Assembly: GCF_964204645.1 (NCBI RefSeq)
Contig: NC_134027.1
Span: 15,160,485 to 15,224,484, forward strand
From: Tubulanus polymorphus
Lineage: Eukaryota; Animalia; Nemertea
DNA length: 64,000 nt
Reading direction: 5' to 3'
Made by a program: the position numbers and the translations under genes. How positions within the stretch are numbered: position 1 is the first letter of the stretch; each line of letters begins with the position of its first letter. Below the pieces are notes generated by a model. The model did no database searches. It saw only the letters and a program-made list of their open reading frames with translations, and was not told where the DNA came from. This document shows, in pieces, positions 61,439-64,000 of the stretch.

Positions 61439-64000
61439 ATGTTTTTGAACTTCTTGTATGAGTTTCTTCGTCTATCTCTTCTTGTGATTCTTGCGCTTCT
61501 ACGCCTTTTTCTATTGGATCGACTTCCATCTAGCTATCTAAAAGATATACTAAATATAAATATATTTAAAGGTTTCAAATTTAATAGCCTCCATAACAAC
61601 AAAAACTGTACTTACATTTAACTTGCGAACTGTAAACTCCGAATTATATCCAAAATGGGATGGATATTAGAACTGTATATGTATGTCTGTTTGAGGGAGC
61701 GGTCTCTGGTTCAGTGTTAATGCGTCTTGTGAATGTGTAGCGTTTCGTAGTTCGAATACATCAAAATTCTAGCATGTCTCTTCATCCACATAGGGCCTGA
61801 ACATACTTACCGGACGAGTGTGTGCACTCACTCGCACCAGGGTCGATTATAGCGGTAGCGTGATCCTCTTATATGTCCTCAGAGTGTATATATGTAAATG
61901 TGTACTTATATAATAGATGTATGTAAAATGGTGCCTCTACAAAGGGTCCGCCTGCGTCGCGTAAACAACGGGAAAGATGTTTATGAAGGGGTCTATGACC
62001 ACCACAGGAAGTTATGTTTGTGTGTAGAATAATAAATGACTCTCAGGCTTAACTCGACCTAACACACGAGTAAGCAATTCCCGCAACCCCGGGTGTAGAT
62101 TGCTGATAGATCCAGGAACGTAACGACTGGGTCGATTCGAAAACTATCCTCCGGGAACTAAGGATCGGGCCCAACCCTATGTTAGAACCTACAGATAGCG
62201 ATGCGCACCCTTCTGTTCACCCAATAACATACGACTTCGTAGCTATACATGAACCCGAATCGACCGTATCACACACCACGTCACCCACCCCCGACGTGGA
62301 ATTTCCTCGCTTGAGCCTAAATTGGATAGCGGAATAAACAGAAACCGCCCGTCACCCGAACGGGATTGCCCTACGTTCCGCTGGACTCTACCATTTCCGA
62401 GAGTAAGCCTCTATACAGACCATGGACGCTCCGACCAAGTCAACGGTTTTACTACCCAACATACTATTACTAAATCGTTAATACCATTACGTTCTGCGAC
62501 AGCAGCTTTTATTTATCTACCGGAAACTGACATACGTCATGCTCAAATACAAGACAGGTTCATACTCCACAAATGCTTACATACTTACAAAGGGAAAAGA
62601 TAATGCGATTGACACTTGCTGTTACGCTTCAAACTTATACCATGAACATAAAGACCGCGAACATTATAACACCATAAGGGTTACCTATATAAAATGTATT
62701 GAAACTTAAAGATACGCGCATAAAAGCTGGCCTTAAGGGCCTACATCGCACATACACGAAGGAAGAATAATAGTTTAATAATGCTATGAGCGCAAATAAT
62801 GGTCAAACCCGTCTCTATATACTTTAGTATGAACGGGGAGGAATCAGCACATGAACCCAAGACCTAGTATCAAGAATCCGTACTTAATACATAAGTATTA
62901 ACGGATTATAGTACGACGTTCCTAAGGACAAACGAGAAACACAGGGCCCGTCAATAATACATAAGTATGGACGGTGAACGTAATGCCCAATGGCTTATGG
63001 CCATAAGTAAGGAAATCGTACTATGATTTTGCCGTAGCTTAATATTTAACAAGGAGCAATGCTCAAGACTAGTAACGTAATTACAGTAAGGGGGATTCTG
63101 TGGGCCTAAGGCCCTTAATTTTAACTCGGAAAGAAGGAACAGAGACAAACGGGCACAAGACCCGCAACGCCGACAGCCGGCGCTGTCCCCGGACCGACTT
63201 ACATCTTAAAAAGACGTTCTCCGAGTAACTGACTGAAAGAGAAAACTGCGCGCCTTATATTCTGATATTGCCGACTCCGACGTGTTGCATCTTCACTCTG
63301 CGTCGCTTCACTGGTCGCTCAACAATGGCCGCCCGTCGGATGTGCTTCCTAGGATTCTTCCGAGCCGCTTTGCTGCTGAACTACGTTGTCTTCTTATCGA
63401 AGTAATATACCATTAAAAAGCTTGGAACTTGTACTTTCTGATGATATGAAATTCGTATTAGATAGTTCGGTCGTAAAGTCAAGTGAGGTCCCGAAAGGTT
63501 GCCGTCATGGGTGACTGCGTTCGAGATCGCCGGTTTAACCGTCGAATACTCGTTAGTTTTTAGACACGAAGGTGCCGAAATCATCTTCTAGGTTTGTAAT
63601 AATGATAATTATCTAAGAACTTAATTTCTGTGACTAAATACTAAGGTGATATGTTATGGTGACAGTAACAAGACGTCTTCGTAGAAACTTTAACTCTCCC
63701 GCTTATCGAGCGGGCCATGTGGCCGGACCGGAAGTAAACAAACCGGCGAAATCGGTTCATCTACCAAACTACAACTCGTGTCGCCTAAAAACGATGACAT
63801 TAGTAGATGCTTTCACCGAGTCAAGTACGGCGGCGGTACTATTTACCACCGGGAACAATTTCGGGACTAAGGAGCCGCGGGTTATCGCCGGAGTTGGAGT
63901 AAGGGGAAATGTATCTTCTGTACGGTCGCTAATAAACAAGGGGATAGAGGTATCTGTCTTGAGAAATGAAATTTTGTTACAAATGTACTAGCGCATACGA

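Noticed and set aside
62322-63991. Short ORFs in the terminal segment
   Set aside because: No recognisable motifs, and the segment itself looks reversed or artefactual.

Overview
AT-rich eukaryotic (invertebrate animal-like) genomic DNA. There is one clear host gene, SOCS6-like (single coding exon, 2587-4062), followed by about 57 kb of nested mobile DNA. From left to right: a Penelope-like retroelement with an inverted 3' copy and a hammerhead-ribozyme motif; duplicated LINE RT remnants, one split by a long-TIR element with a 9-bp TSD; several MITEs; minisatellite-bearing elements with shared termini; two inverted Helentron-type copies; a pogo-like transposon; and a decayed Mutator-like DDE/SWIM/PHD gene. 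A decayed Polinton/Maverick-type endogenous virus (~39.5-61.6 kb) encodes pPolB, minor and major capsid-like proteins, a packaging ATPase, an integrase with its core deleted, and an HNH-like gene. A TTAA-flanked Kolobok transposon with an intact spliced KolX-like gene has inserted into it. The last ~2.4 kb has an inverted dinucleotide signature and may be reversed or artefactual sequence. All family assignments come from motifs read by eye; no database search was run.
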